DNA of 32,000 bases. It comes from Candidatus Pacearchaeota archaeon (lineage in GTDB: Archaea; Nanobdellota; Nanobdellia; Pacearchaeales; UBA284). Positions within the stretch are counted from its first letter, which is position 1. Each line of letters starts with the position of its first letter. Shown one piece after another: positions 1-7,973 of the stretch. Both the position numbers and the translations under genes were made by a program. The stretch is taken from contig CP061211.1 in the NCBI GenBank assembly GCA_026016245.1, positions 90,001 to 122,000 of the forward strand, given 5' to 3'. The notes beneath the pieces are model-generated. The model saw only the letters and a list, made by a program, of their open reading frames with translations, was not told where the DNA came from and did no database searches.

Positions 1-243
1 CTTTTTATAAATACTAGACATACTTCTGTAGTTGGGAATGGCTCTGATGAAGACATAAAACCATATATAAATTCAATTAAGACATTATTCAAGATTTGTG
101 AAAACATAGAATCAGGTAATACAAAAAAATTGAGAAAACCATATGAGGAATTTGGTTTATTTGAAAAAAAATCTCTTGTTGGAAAAGTTGCATCCACAGC
201 AAAATTAACAGCAAAACAAGTAACTAGAGTAATGAATAGTTAA
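1..243 (+). CDS. 3' end of an unidentified protein-coding gene (partial, start lies upstream of the window)
   Basis: Frame 1 is open from base 1 to TAA at 241-243 (…KPYEEFGLFEKKSLVGKVASTAKLTAKQVTRVMNS*). No recognisable motif. Confidence 0.35.
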   Translation, partial: LFINTRHTSVVGNGSDEDIKPYINSIKTLFKICENIESGNTKKLRKPYEEFGLFEKKSLVGKVASTAKLTAKQVTRVMNS

Positions 244-244
244 A

Positions 245-823
245 TCACTCTTCCCATTGTCCTGATTCTTTTCTCCTACAATTTGCGCAAAGATATCTGT
301 TACCTATCTTATAAAGTAAATCAAAAACACCACATTCATGGCAAGGTCCCTCTCTCACCCAACGAAATTCATCCACTGCCCTGATACGCTTCCATTTCTC
401 TTCTTCCTCCGCAATCTTAACATTCTGGAAAGCAATATCAAAAAGATCTGGCTGTATTTTCAGAATGTCCTTCTCTGTAAGAAAGCCAATAACCTTATGA
501 TTAACAAGAACAGGAAGCCATCTTACTCTTTTCTTTTTCATAGTCACAAGAGCATCAAAAATGTCCTTCCCAGGCTTGATTCCATGAACTTTCTTTGTCA
601 TTATCTTATTTACCTTGGTCTTTTTTTTATTGAGACTTTTGGCCATGGCCCTTACTAAATCACCTTCTGTAACTATTCCTTTCAACATTTGATCAGATCT
701 GACAATAACAGAACCAACTCCCTTTTTAACCATAATTTTAGCACATTCAACCATAGTTATATCTGGCTTTATTGACACAAATTTCCTGGTCATGACATCA
801 CCTACTTTAATCCCGACTTTCAT
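245..823 (-). CDS. CBS-pair domain protein with C-terminal zinc ribbon
   Basis: 192 aa. Two CBS-like units (VGDVMTRKFVSIKPD…GIVTEGDLVRA; IMTKKVHGIKPG…GFLTEKDILK) followed by CHEC…x14…CANC, a 4-Cys ribbon. Confidence 0.8.
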   Translation of the reverse strand: MKVGIKVGDVMTRKFVSIKPDITMVECAKIMVKKGVGSVIVRSDQMLKGIVTEGDLVRAMAKSLNKKKTKVNKIMTKKVHGIKPGKDIFDALVTMKKKRVRWLPVLVNHKVIGFLTEKDILKIQPDLFDIAFQNVKIAEEEEKWKRIRAVDEFRWVREGPCHECGVFDLLYKIGNRYLCANCRRKESGQWEE

Positions 824-845
824 AAACGCAGATAGTTATTTTGTT

Positions 846-2651
846 TTAAATAGTTTTTGTTAAGAAATCTTTTATTTCTGGAAGATGGGGAATTAGTATT
901 TTACTCCAAGTTTCATAATTATATTCATAAGATATTTCTTTAAGTATATCTATGGGGATAAAATCACTTTTTACAATAGAAGATTCTTTTGGTCTTACAT
1001 TTCCATCTGTTTGGATAGCATAAATAAATCCAAAATGAACTCTATCTACTGGTTTTTCACTTGCCATTAATGTTCCAACAAGAACTGGTTCTGATGATTG
1101 TTTTTCAAATTTTACTTCTTCTTCATGAACTTCACGTTTTACACAATTTAACAAATAGTCTGGCCTGTCAGATTCATTTATGTGACCTCCAACACCAATA
1201 GAATACTTACCAAAAAGTCTAGAATCTCCATATGCTTTTATATCCTTTGTTCTAACATAATAAAAAACTTCATCTTTATTATTATCTTTTCTAAAAATTA
1301 AAACATAAGGCACTATTTGTAATATCTCTTGATCTTCCTCACAATCATATCTTAATGAAAACATAGGAGCCGCTTGTACGAGTTTTTCCAAATTCTTTGC
1401 TTTGGTTGGAGTTATAATTTCAAAACCTTCTTTAGAGTCACGAAATTCAAGCAGTTCTCTTTTTGGTAAAGCTAATACTTTTCTGTTTAATTTTTTGTAG
1501 TCTTTCCCAAGTTTCGGGAAATCTACTTTTTTAAAATTATTTGATAGCCTAGGTCCTATTTGTCCATTATAACTAGAACCTTTGTCTTTTCCATAACATT
1601 TTTTTGGAGTTAAACCACGGAAAATCTGTAGTTCGCTTATAGCCATTCCATCTCTCAAAATCATTGGAGAAATTTCTTCAGATCTAACCTCAAAAACAGC
1701 ACATCCATTAAAACCATTATCAAAAAAACCTGCAAAATGTAACGGCCCATGTATGCCAACATGTGAATGGTCTTTTAATTCAGCGCTTAGGTTTGATGGA
1801 ATTTTAATATATTCTTTTGAAGATAATAAATAACACTTTCCTGGTTTGATTTCTACTGTGTTATTTTTCATGATTATAGGCTCAAAATATTCTTCAACAT
1901 TATATCCCTCTTTTTCCTTAATATCTATGGGAATAGGGTTATTCCTTGCTTTAAATCCAACTATCCCAGAAGTTTGTTTTCCTGAAATATCTAAAGTTAA
2001 TCTTAATCCATCATGAATTTGTGGATTTTTTATCTCTTTTAAAGAATCTTCCTCTATAGAGTAAAGTATAGGCTCTTTTTGATATTCTTTTTCTAGTTCT
2101 TTATCTGTTAATTTATTTTCATTTCCTATGAGAAATCTTAGTTGATTAAAAGTCATTCCTGGCTGTATTATTAAATTAAAAGCAAGAGGTTGTAAGAGCA
2201 GCCAGAGTTCTAATTTTTTATTGCTAACTGTAACTTCATCAAAACAATCATGATAATCTGTGAGTAGCCTGTTTAAAATAAAAACTCTCCCTCTACTGCT
2301 TTTTGGAGAAGATTTGACTCTAAAATTCCCAGGTAGCATAAGTTTTTCTTCCAGAGGCAAGAGATAGCTATACCCTTTTTTTATTTCAAATTCTTTATCT
2401 ATAGTATGTTTTTGACGTCTTTTGTTAGGAAGTTGTAATAAACTTCTATAAACAGGCTCATAATTGCTTGGCCTAAAAAGACCACCACTTTCTGTATCAA
2501 TAACATAAACTTCATCTCCTATCCTTGGTTCAAAAGAAGATGGTTGAATTCTATTTTCTAAATCTTCATTTGAAGTAGAAATAATTTCTTCTTCCACAGC
2601 TTGTTTAATTTCAAAATCCACTAAACATCTAGAAGTTGATTTGTCTAACAT
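846..2651 (-). CDS. Fusion protein: N-terminal dCTP deaminase-like (DCD / dUTPase-superfamily) domain plus C-terminal Nudix-like (MutT-type phosphoesterase) domain
   Basis: 601 aa. The N-terminal ~370 aa carry IQPSSFEPRIGDEVYV, SSPKSSRGRVFILNRLLTD…FDEV, LRF and HFAGFFDNGFNGCAVFEVRS, the pattern of the long 2'-deoxycytidine 5'-triphosphate deaminase family. The C-terminal ~160 aa carry GVGGHINESDRPDYLLNCVKREVHEEEV, a degenerate Nudix box with core REVHEEE. Confidence 0.7.
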   Translation of the reverse strand: MLDKSTSRCLVDFEIKQAVEEEIISTSNEDLENRIQPSSFEPRIGDEVYVIDTESGGLFRPSNYEPVYRSLLQLPNKRRQKHTIDKEFEIKKGYSYLLPLEEKLMLPGNFRVKSSPKSSRGRVFILNRLLTDYHDCFDEVTVSNKKLELWLLLQPLAFNLIIQPGMTFNQLRFLIGNENKLTDKELEKEYQKEPILYSIEEDSLKEIKNPQIHDGLRLTLDISGKQTSGIVGFKARNNPIPIDIKEKEGYNVEEYFEPIIMKNNTVEIKPGKCYLLSSKEYIKIPSNLSAELKDHSHVGIHGPLHFAGFFDNGFNGCAVFEVRSEEISPMILRDGMAISELQIFRGLTPKKCYGKDKGSSYNGQIGPRLSNNFKKVDFPKLGKDYKKLNRKVLALPKRELLEFRDSKEGFEIITPTKAKNLEKLVQAAPMFSLRYDCEEDQEILQIVPYVLIFRKDNNKDEVFYYVRTKDIKAYGDSRLFGKYSIGVGGHINESDRPDYLLNCVKREVHEEEVKFEKQSSEPVLVGTLMASEKPVDRVHFGFIYAIQTDGNVRPKESSIVKSDFIPIDILKEISYEYNYETWSKILIPHLPEIKDFLTKTI

Positions 2652-2783
2652 TTTAATCCCAAACTGATTTATTTTAAATAGATTATGTGGGAATAAAATA
2701 TATATTACAAAATTAGAGAAAACTTTTTAAATCTGCTAAGCAAGGGTTATATAGGTTAAGGGTATAATTATATTTTTGAAAAA

Positions 2784-3071
2784 ATGGCTGAACAAAGAGT
2801 AAAAATTGAAGGAACAAATGATTTAGATGTTAGTTATGCTTTAGCTTATCTAGCTGGTTTCCGAAAAGGCACTCTTGTAACACCTAGATATCCCGGTAAA
2901 CAAGGATATAGAGAAGTTATGGTGTTTCATAAAGATACAATTGCAAAAGATCCAGATTTATTCCTACTTACACAATCTCCTGATATAGTGGTAAGTGCTT
3001 TGCTTAATAGTGAATATTTAATAGATTTTAAGAAAGAAAAAGTTGATCCAGCTTTGAAGAAATTAGATTAG
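2784..3071 (+). CDS. Hypothetical small protein (95 aa), first gene of the thermosome cluster
   Basis: Intact ORF with AT-rich TATA-like sequence upstream. It ends 18 bp before the thermosome start. No recognised motif. Confidence 0.6.
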   Translation: MAEQRVKIEGTNDLDVSYALAYLAGFRKGTLVTPRYPGKQGYREVMVFHKDTIAKDPDLFLLTQSPDIVVSALLNSEYLIDFKKEKVDPALKKLD

Positions 3072-3089
3072 CTTGTTCCCAAAAATAAA

Positions 3090-4721
3090 ATGGCTGAAAA
3101 ACAACCAATATATGTATTGCCTGAAAACATCCAAAGAATGATAGGTAGAGATGCTCAGAGAAACAATATTTTGGCAGCTAGGCTTGTAGCAGATGCAATA
3201 AAAACCACACTAGGACCTAAAGGAATGGACAAGATGTTAGTAGATAGTATAGGTGATATTACAGTTACAAATGATGGTGTTACTATTTTGGATGAGATGG
3301 AGATTGAACATCCTGCTGCAAAGATGATGGTTGAAATTGCAAAAACTCAAGAAGATGAGGTAGGAGACGGAACTACAACAGCTGTAATTATCGCAGGAAA
3401 ACTTCTTGAAAATGCTGAAAAACTTTTAGATGAGAAGATACATCCTACTGTTATAGCTCGCGGATACAGATTAGGAGCAAAGAGAGCACATGAACTCTCT
3501 AAAGAAATATCCTATAAAATCTCGCCACAACAAAAAGATCTCCTTAAGCAAATAGTCATCACAGCAATGACAGGTAAAGGTGCTGAAGCTGCTAAAGAAA
3601 AGCTAAGTCAAATAGTTGTTGAGGCTGTTTTACAGGTGATGGAGGAAAGTGATGAAGGAATAAAAATAAATAGAGATAATATTAAGCTAGAAAAGAAGAA
3701 GGGAGAGGGAATAGAAGACACAAAACTTATTTCAGGAATAGTTTTAGACAAGGAAAGAGTTCATTCTGATATGCCTTCACAGATTAAAGATGCTAAGATA
3801 GCTTTGCTTGATGCGGCTCTAGAATTAAAAAGTCCTGAGACAGATACAAAAATACAAGTAACAAGTCCAGAACAACTTCAGGCTTTTATAGATCAAGAAG
3901 AAAAGATGTTGAAAGATATGGTTAATAAGATAAAAGAAGTTGAAGCTAATGTTGTGTTGTGTCAGAAAGGGATAGATGATGTTGCCCAATATTATCTAAC
4001 AAAAGAAAATATTTTTGCTGCTAGAAGAATTAAAAAGTCTGATATGGAGTTACTTGCCAAGGCAACAGGCAGTAAGATTGTAAGCAATCTCAATGAACTT
4101 TCCAAAGAAGACCTTGGTCATGCAGATGTTGTTAAAGAAATCAAAGAAGGAGAGGAAGGATTAACTTATGTAATGGGATGCAGAAATCCTAAAGCCTTGA
4201 CAATTTTAATTAGGGGTGGAACAGAGCATGTTATTGATGAATTAGAGAGAGCAATAAAAGATGGAATCGGAGATGTGGGTGTTGCTCTTGAAAAAGGCTA
4301 TATTGTTGCAGGAGGAGGAGCTTTTGAAATAGAATTAGCGAGAAGATTAAGAGCTTATGGCCAGGGAATTAGAGGTAGAGAGCAGCTTGCTATTAATGCT
4401 TTTGCAGATTCACTTGAGGTTATTCCAAGAACATTAGCAGAAAATGCTGGTCTTGATCCCATAGACACTTTAACTGAATTAAAAGCAAGGCATGATAAAA
4501 ATGAAACAACAACTGGCCTTGACACTAGTGTAGGGACATCAAGAGGAGGAGAAATTACAGATGCACTAAAACAAGGAATTGTTGAACCCTTAGAAATAAA
4601 AAACCAAGCAATCAAGTCAGCAAGTGAAGTGACAATGATGATATTAAGGATAGATGATGTCATAGCAAGCAGTAAGACAAATCAAGCAAGCCAAGTTCCT
4701 GAAATGCCTCCTGGGTATTAA
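3090..4721 (+). CDS. ths: Thermosome subunit (group II chaperonin, Cpn60/TCP-1 family)
   Basis: 543 aa with hallmark motifs [44 protein letters not shown] and IVEPL. Confidence 0.96.
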   Translation: MAEKQPIYVLPENIQRMIGRDAQRNNILAARLVADAIKTTLGPKGMDKMLVDSIGDITVTNDGVTILDEMEIEHPAAKMMVEIAKTQEDEVGDGTTTAVIIAGKLLENAEKLLDEKIHPTVIARGYRLGAKRAHELSKEISYKISPQQKDLLKQIVITAMTGKGAEAAKEKLSQIVVEAVLQVMEESDEGIKINRDNIKLEKKKGEGIEDTKLISGIVLDKERVHSDMPSQIKDAKIALLDAALELKSPETDTKIQVTSPEQLQAFIDQEEKMLKDMVNKIKEVEANVVLCQKGIDDVAQYYLTKENIFAARRIKKSDMELLAKATGSKIVSNLNELSKEDLGHADVVKEIKEGEEGLTYVMGCRNPKALTILIRGGTEHVIDELERAIKDGIGDVGVALEKGYIVAGGGAFEIELARRLRAYGQGIRGREQLAINAFADSLEVIPRTLAENAGLDPIDTLTELKARHDKNETTTGLDTSVGTSRGGEITDALKQGIVEPLEIKNQAIKSASEVTMMILRIDDVIASSKTNQASQVPEMPPGY

Positions 4722-4728
4722 AATTAAA

Positions 4729-4959
4729 ATGGAAAAATATAAAGAAATAAAATATCATATTGAAGTAGAGCATGAGCCAGGCACTTTTGATGATGATATG
4801 GATCTTTTGCTTCAGAATCCTACAGAGGCTTATCAACAACTTCAGATTATAAAACAAAAATATAAAGGCCATAAAATCATGATAACAAAAATAACAAAAA
4901 CTACAAACTATTCGCCTTTAACAGAAAGTGATTTAGAAAAATTGGCTCAAAACCTTTAA
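4729..4959 (+). CDS. Hypothetical small acidic protein (76 aa) directly downstream of the thermosome gene
   Basis: ORF starts 7 bp after the thermosome stop. No recognised motif. Confidence 0.5.
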   Translation: MEKYKEIKYHIEVEHEPGTFDDDMDLLLQNPTEAYQQLQIIKQKYKGHKIMITKITKTTNYSPLTESDLEKLAQNL

Positions 4960-4985
4960 ATATTTCTTATTTTTAATTGTTTTAT

Positions 4986-5116
4986 GCGTGAGTAGTCCAG
5001 TGGTAAGACGCAACCCTGCCAATAAATCTTTCCAGAAAGGTTTAATCAAAGCGAATCTTTGATGGGAAAGAAAAAGCAGAACGGTTGTGACCCGGGTTCG
5101 AATCCCGGCTCACGCA
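4986..5116 (+). tRNA. tRNA-Gly (anticodon GCC) with a 60-nt intron (5022-5081) at the canonical 37/38 position
   Basis: - Acceptor stem GCGTGAG/CTCACGC, discriminator A, no encoded CCA.
- D-arm GTCC-AGTGGTA-AGAC.
- Anticodon stem CAACC (5011-15)/GGTTG (5083-87), loop CTGCCA|…|C.
- T-arm CCGGG-TTCGAAT-CCCGG.
- A 4-bp central helix CUGC (5016-19)/GCAG (5076-79) is flanked by 3-nt bulges CAA and AAC, which is BHB-like. The spliced length is 71 nt. Confidence 0.88.
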
Positions 5117-5333
5117 TTTCTATTTTTTGTTCTAAAACAATAATCATTTTAGGGCCCTGTTTCATCGTATATTTGTATTTCTAGATGTTATAAAAAGTTA
5201 ATCTATAGATAATCTTTAGTATTTTTTATAATTTATTAATTATTTTTTAATATATTTTATATTTTTATATTAATAGCAAAAAATAGATAAAGAGTAATCT
5301 TTTTATTTTTTATAATATCTTTAGTTATAAAAA

Positions 5334-6485
5334 ATGGAACGAGAAAATAATGAGATTAAAAATTTAGAAAATGAAGAAGAATTTAATAAAGAAAAAGAAA
5401 TATTAATTATTGATCTTGATAAAAATAAAAAAGATCTTTTTGAATTAGAAAAAAGAGAAGATTATTTGATAAAAAAGAAGGAACAAATAATTAATTCTGA
5501 GAAATATATATTCTCAAATAATTTGGATATCAAGCAAAAAGAAATAACTATAGATCTCAGTAAAATGAAAGAAAAAATAGTTTCTGATTTTTCAAAACTA
5601 AAAAAATCACTTAAAAAGTATCAAAGACTAGATATGACTTCTGAATTTGAAAAAAAACTTATTGATAATTATATTGCAAATGAATTAGAAGCCTTACTTA
5701 TTGATTCTAATCTTAAGATAATTGATATTCTAAATAATTTATCAAGAGCAATATCTGAAGAAAAGATAAGCGTAAAGGATAAAATAATTAATAGAATAAA
5801 AGAACAGATAAAAAAAATGAATTATGAATATTTAACAGATTTTATTAAAAAATACAATCTAATTATAGAAAATAAAAAGAAGCTTGAAAGTGAAATGCAG
5901 AAAAATGATGTAAAGAAAGATCTAGATAAGATAGAGAAAGAAATACATGAAATTAAAAATTTACAAAGTTCAATAAAATTAGAAAATGATTTAATGAAAC
6001 AGAAGTTAGTATCAAAAGAAAAATGGAAAAAATGTCCAAGATGTGGGAAAGAAATTCCTAATAATTGGAAACATCATCTAAAATGTGGATGGAAGGAAAA
6101 TGAAGAAGAGAGTAGAGAACAAGAATCTGATTCTAAAAAATCCAAAATAATGGTTTTCACATCTCCTACTTGCCCTCATTGTCTTCCTGCATTAAATTTA
6201 GCTAAACAGATTAAAAAAGAGAGAAATGTAAAAGTTATTGAAGTGAATACGGCAACCCCTCATGGACAGAAAAAAGCTAAGCAAATGGGAATAATGGCTG
6301 TTCCAACAATTTTTGTGAAGGGTCCTGCTTATCCACAAGTTATAGGTCTTAAAGGCTTACCATCAAAAAAAGGATTATTAAAAATCGTTGATATAAGTTT
6401 AGGTATTGAAGAATGGGAGAAATCAAAAGGATTTTTTAAAAATTTATTTAGTAAAATTAAAAAAAAATCAAATAAATCAGATTAG
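5334..6485 (+). CDS. Coiled-coil / zinc-ribbon / thioredoxin-fold (Mj0307-type glutaredoxin-like) fusion protein
   Basis: 383 aa. About 230 aa are K/E/N/I-rich heptad-like sequence. This is followed by CPRCGKEIPNNWKHHLKCG and then a C-terminal VFTSPTCPHC…GIMAVPTIFV thioredoxin-like domain with a CPHC redox motif. Confidence 0.75.
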   Translation: MERENNEIKNLENEEEFNKEKEILIIDLDKNKKDLFELEKREDYLIKKKEQIINSEKYIFSNNLDIKQKEITIDLSKMKEKIVSDFSKLKKSLKKYQRLDMTSEFEKKLIDNYIANELEALLIDSNLKIIDILNNLSRAISEEKISVKDKIINRIKEQIKKMNYEYLTDFIKKYNLIIENKKKLESEMQKNDVKKDLDKIEKEIHEIKNLQSSIKLENDLMKQKLVSKEKWKKCPRCGKEIPNNWKHHLKCGWKENEEESREQESDSKKSKIMVFTSPTCPHCLPALNLAKQIKKERNVKVIEVNTATPHGQKKAKQMGIMAVPTIFVKGPAYPQVIGLKGLPSKKGLLKIVDISLGIEEWEKSKGFFKNLFSKIKKKSNKSD

Positions 6486-6517
6486 ATTAATAAAATGATA
6501 ATAAAGGTTAAGGGAAG

Positions 6518-7063
6518 ATGAAAATATTTACAATAGATGATGTTGTTTTGCATTGTAGCGAAGAAATGATAAGAGAATTTGAAGAAGATGTAGATCCTGA
6601 ATATGATCCTGAACTAGAAATTAATAGTTGTTTAGATAGTTCTTTAGAACAAAATCCTAAAATTAAAGAGCTGACTGAGTTATATTCTAAAATAAATGGA
6701 TTGAAAGGCAAAATTATTTTAAATGCTCATGGAGATTATAATTATAGAGATCATCTGTGGGTATACATAGATGATAATAAGGAATTTTCAGTACAAAAAT
6801 GGATAAATAAATATGATGGGAAATATTCTACATTAATCTTACATATCTGCAATTCTCTTTCAAAAGAAGTTTATTCCAAGAAATCAGCAGTTGTGCATTA
6901 CAATAATATTTATTCTGGGCTCGATCAGGATTGGGCTAATGTCCAAACTGAAATTTATATTCCTAAAATAGAATATGTTGATTCATATATTATAGATAAT
7001 GAAATAGAAAAAATGAGGAAAATGCTGAAGGATTTAAAGGAAGTTGATGTAACTTTTAAATAG
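6518..7063 (+). CDS. Hypothetical protein (181 aa)
   Basis: Intact ORF with the purine-rich stretch taagggaag immediately upstream of its ATG. No recognised motif. Confidence 0.6.
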   Translation: MKIFTIDDVVLHCSEEMIREFEEDVDPEYDPELEINSCLDSSLEQNPKIKELTELYSKINGLKGKIILNAHGDYNYRDHLWVYIDDNKEFSVQKWINKYDGKYSTLILHICNSLSKEVYSKKSAVVHYNNIYSGLDQDWANVQTEIYIPKIEYVDSYIIDNEIEKMRKMLKDLKEVDVTFK

Positions 7064-7123
7064 TTACAAACAGAAACCTTTAAAAATCTAGAATTCTAAA
7101 TTTATGTATAAATTATACATAAA

Positions 7124-7243
7124 ATGGCTAGAGTTAAGGGGAATCAAGATAGAAAGAAGAACGGAACTTTTATTCTGACAAAGAAAATAGCTAAGCATGG
7201 TTCTCAGACTCAATATCTTGTTAATCCAAGGGAGGCAGATTAA
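7124..7243 (+). CDS. Possible unannotated small basic ORF (39 aa), below the ORF-track cutoff
   Basis: ATG at 7124 to TAA at 7241-7243 encodes MARVKGNQDRKKNGTFILTKKIAKHGSQTQYLVNPREAD. It occupies an otherwise empty 188-bp gap and ends 8 bp before the next gene. Confidence 0.25.
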   Translation: MARVKGNQDRKKNGTFILTKKIAKHGSQTQYLVNPREAD

Positions 7244-7251
7244 TAATAAAA

Positions 7252-7959
7252 ATGAAAATAAATAAATTGTTAGGAAAAGTTGTCCAAGGAATAAAAGATA
7301 CTGCAAAAGTAGCTCTTTATACAGCACCTTTCTGGTTGCCTGGAGTTTTAGAAGCAAAACCACTTGATTTACAGAGGATAAAAGAGACTATAACAAAGGA
7401 ATATCAAAATGCTGCAAATGTGAAGTTTAGTAAGAAAGGATATGGTTTTTATGTTGGTATGATTTCAGATATTGGAAAAGGCTATCATTTAGATGTTGGC
7501 ATTAATAGCGCAACTCAAAATACAAATGGAGCAATTTTAAATAAAAATTTTGGACTAGAGGCTTCAACAGATTTCAATGGTAATAAAAGTTTAACTCTTG
7601 ATGGTATGATTGCTGGAACTGGGTTTAGTGCAAGAGGAAATCTTGCTTCTGATGGATCTAAAACAATAGATGGAAGTATCTTTAGGGCAGAACAGTTTGG
7701 AAAAGCAACTATTTATGGAAAAGTAGAAGGAGATAAGGATAATGCTAGTGCAAGTTCTTTTGGTTTCTATATTGGCCCAACAATAGGAAACGCAACAATA
7801 GTTCTTTTTGCACGTGGCTCAAAATCTTTGACTTCAGATGGCTATTATTTCATGGCGGGAACAGTAATTAGGAGTGGAAAACTTTCAACTAGTATAACAA
7901 CAGGAACAACTGATTTTAGTGAATGGATGCCTAGCTTAAAGATCCAGTATAAATTTTGA
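7252..7959 (+). CDS. Beta-strand-rich G/S/T/N-rich protein with an outer-membrane-protein-like C-terminal signature (…LKIQYKF) and a hydrophobic N-terminal segment
   Basis: 235 aa. N-terminal hydrophobic stretch VALYTAPFWLPGVLEA. Repeated alternating-hydrophobic strands are separated by G/N/D turns (GYGFYVGMISDIG, ATIVLFARG, YYFMAGTVIRSG). The terminal residue is Phe. Confidence 0.7.
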   Translation: MKINKLLGKVVQGIKDTAKVALYTAPFWLPGVLEAKPLDLQRIKETITKEYQNAANVKFSKKGYGFYVGMISDIGKGYHLDVGINSATQNTNGAILNKNFGLEASTDFNGNKSLTLDGMIAGTGFSARGNLASDGSKTIDGSIFRAEQFGKATIYGKVEGDKDNASASSFGFYIGPTIGNATIVLFARGSKSLTSDGYYFMAGTVIRSGKLSTSITTGTTDFSEWMPSLKIQYKF

Positions 7960-7973
7960 AGCTAAGGGAAAAA

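Noticed and set aside
338-658. 106-aa ORF on the plus strand inside the CBS-domain gene. There are similar antisense ORFs at 4355-4663, 4660-4872, 6508-6711, 8208-8501, 8629-8991, 9042-9281, 10168-10353, 10525-10971, 16000-16290, 16315-17400, 18388-18821, 19195-19726, 20665-20898, 21096-21982, 23094-23812, 25937-26134, 26332-26535, 26911-27162, 27289-28113, 29010-29966.
   Set aside because: All lie antisense to, or overlap, well-supported genes that have recognisable motifs. Their products are low-complexity (F/L/I/S-rich), as expected from the reverse complement of AT-rich coding sequence. None carries a recognisable motif.
5117-5333. 217-bp extremely AT-rich spacer after the tRNA, considered as a possible integration site, att site or replication-origin-like region.
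   Set aside because: There is no integrase or mobile gene nearby. No repeat of the tRNA 3' end occurs elsewhere in the window, and I saw no ORB-like repeated motifs. It is most simply a promoter-rich intergenic region.
7088-7363. 91-aa minus-strand ORF overlapping the start of the cassette.
   Set aside because: It overlaps the plus-strand gene 7252-7959 and the candidate small ORF. Its product is leucine-rich low-complexity sequence, and there is no upstream promoter or SD context.
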